This document shows positions 45,208-46,052 of a stretch of 46,052 nt of DNA, piece by piece. Source of the DNA: a virus. Its lineage: Duplodnaviria > Caudoviricetes. Made by a program: the position numbers and the translations under genes. A model generated the notes under the pieces. It saw only the letters and a program-made list of their open reading frames with translations. It was not told the DNA's origin and made no database searches. The stretch is taken from IMG/VR virus record IMGVR_UViG_3300017780_008441, positions 1-46,052 of that record; one strand, given 5' to 3'. Within the stretch, counting starts at the first letter, position 1. The number at the start of each line of letters is the position of its first letter.

Positions 45208-45414
45208 TTATGGTTGGCTATGTGCATCATTGCTTATGATGTTGATCATCTGCTGTGCCAATGAACGGACATCTTCAATGAACCACATGGTCATGTGGGC
45301 ATTGCTGCCCACATACTTGTTACCACGTGCAGTGTCAGTGATGCCGCGAGCCAGGTACTTGGTGTGCATTGCTGCACCAGTCAGCTGTTGCACTGGTGGT
45401 GCATCATTACTCAT
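45208..45414 (-). CDS. Hypothetical protein
   Basis: 68 aa ORF co-oriented with its neighbours. Confidence 0.5.
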   Translation of the reverse strand: MSNDAPPVQQLTGAAMHTKYLARGITDTARGNKYVGSNAHMTMWFIEDVRSLAQQMINIISNDAHSQP

Positions 45415-45531
45415 TGATGAGGTCAGTCATGTTGTTGCACAGCCTCTGCATCTCAGCAATGATCCATGGCAGCGATGATGCATTGATGTGCTGGCGCACC
45501 ATGGTGGCTTGTATATGTGGCCACATCACAC

Positions 45532-46017
45532 TCATGGGCGGTGTTCTGTGCTACCATCTTCATGAGTAATGGTGACGCCAGTGATGCCTTTGCTGCTTTG
45601 GCTGTAATGACTTGGATGGCGCCACCAGTAGTCCATCTTGCCATTGGGCATCATTACAAAGATCTTGGCGCAATCTTCTGCACTCAGCTGCTCTGCTGCA
45701 TGCGCTACATCCTTGCTGGCGTACTCCACGTTGCATGCAGCTGCAATGATCACAGGCGCAACAGCCTTCATCACAGGTGCAGCAGCTTTGACAACAGCAG
45801 CAGCACCATCTTTGCTGCAGGTGCGGCACTTGAATTGCGTCAACAACACTCGCAGGCTGCCAAACGTCTGAATGCGCTTGTGCAGATTGCCATTGTCTTT
45901 GTTGCCAAACATGGTGGTTGTACCATTGCAACAGGTGCACGTCACGTGCGGATGGGTCAGCAGCTTGCCAGTGGTTTCATATGATGTGATGTTGCTGAGG
46001 ATGTCTGTTTCGTTCAT
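45532..46017 (-). CDS. Hypothetical protein with a putative Zn finger
   Basis: VTCTCCNG...FKCRTCSK; 161 aa. Confidence 0.7.
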   Translation of the reverse strand: MNETDILSNITSYETTGKLLTHPHVTCTCCNGTTTMFGNKDNGNLHKRIQTFGSLRVLLTQFKCRTCSKDGAAAVVKAAAPVMKAVAPVIIAAACNVEYASKDVAHAAEQLSAEDCAKIFVMMPNGKMDYWWRHPSHYSQSSKGITGVTITHEDGSTEHRP

Positions 46018-46052
46018 GCTATTAATATGGCGGCGTTTCGAGTGTGTGCAAC

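Noticed and set aside
44754-45230. Several overlapping short ORFs around the 30-bp repeat
   Set aside because: C/H/M-rich compositions typical of random reads of TGCA-rich DNA, mutually overlapping, with no supporting start context.
1-46052. Stop-codon reassignment or suppressor tRNA
   Set aside because: Core genes are full length in code 11, TAA/TAG/TGA all end genes, and the tRNA anticodons are GAC, TAT and CAA.

Overview
A 46 kb piece of a large T4-like (Straboviridae/Kyanoviridae-type architecture) myovirus genome in the standard genetic code. It holds a head/neck block (gp15-gp20-gp13-gp21-gp67-like-gp22-gp23, reshuffled relative to T4), a lysozyme-less gp5-like baseplate hub, a class Ic-like NrdAB, a ClpP-like protease, UvsE, a MoxR AAA/VWA-metallopeptidase pair, a holin candidate and three atypical tRNAs. 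The likely host is in the PVC superphylum (Verrucomicrobia/Planctomycetes); this is inferred from PVC-signature DUF1549/1553 and DUF1501 genes and a Chlamydia-type R2. Main highlights: (1) a phage-encoded, late-promoter-driven, exported DUF1549/1553 + 2x DUF1501 module beside the virion genes; (2) a roughly 400-nt, highly structured, pseudoknotted ncRNA resembling a compact ROOL RNA, preceded by a boxA-like site and lying between tRNA genes; (3) a TGT/DpdA-like + formyltransferase + kinase + QueF cluster consistent with formyl-preQ1 7-deazaguanine DNA hypermodification; (4) a shared N-terminal capsid-targeting-like motif on more than ten unrelated late proteins; (5) a thyX relic and a recombination-born chimeric gene inside a tandem paralog array. 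All family assignments come from motif recognition by eye and from memory; no database searches were run.
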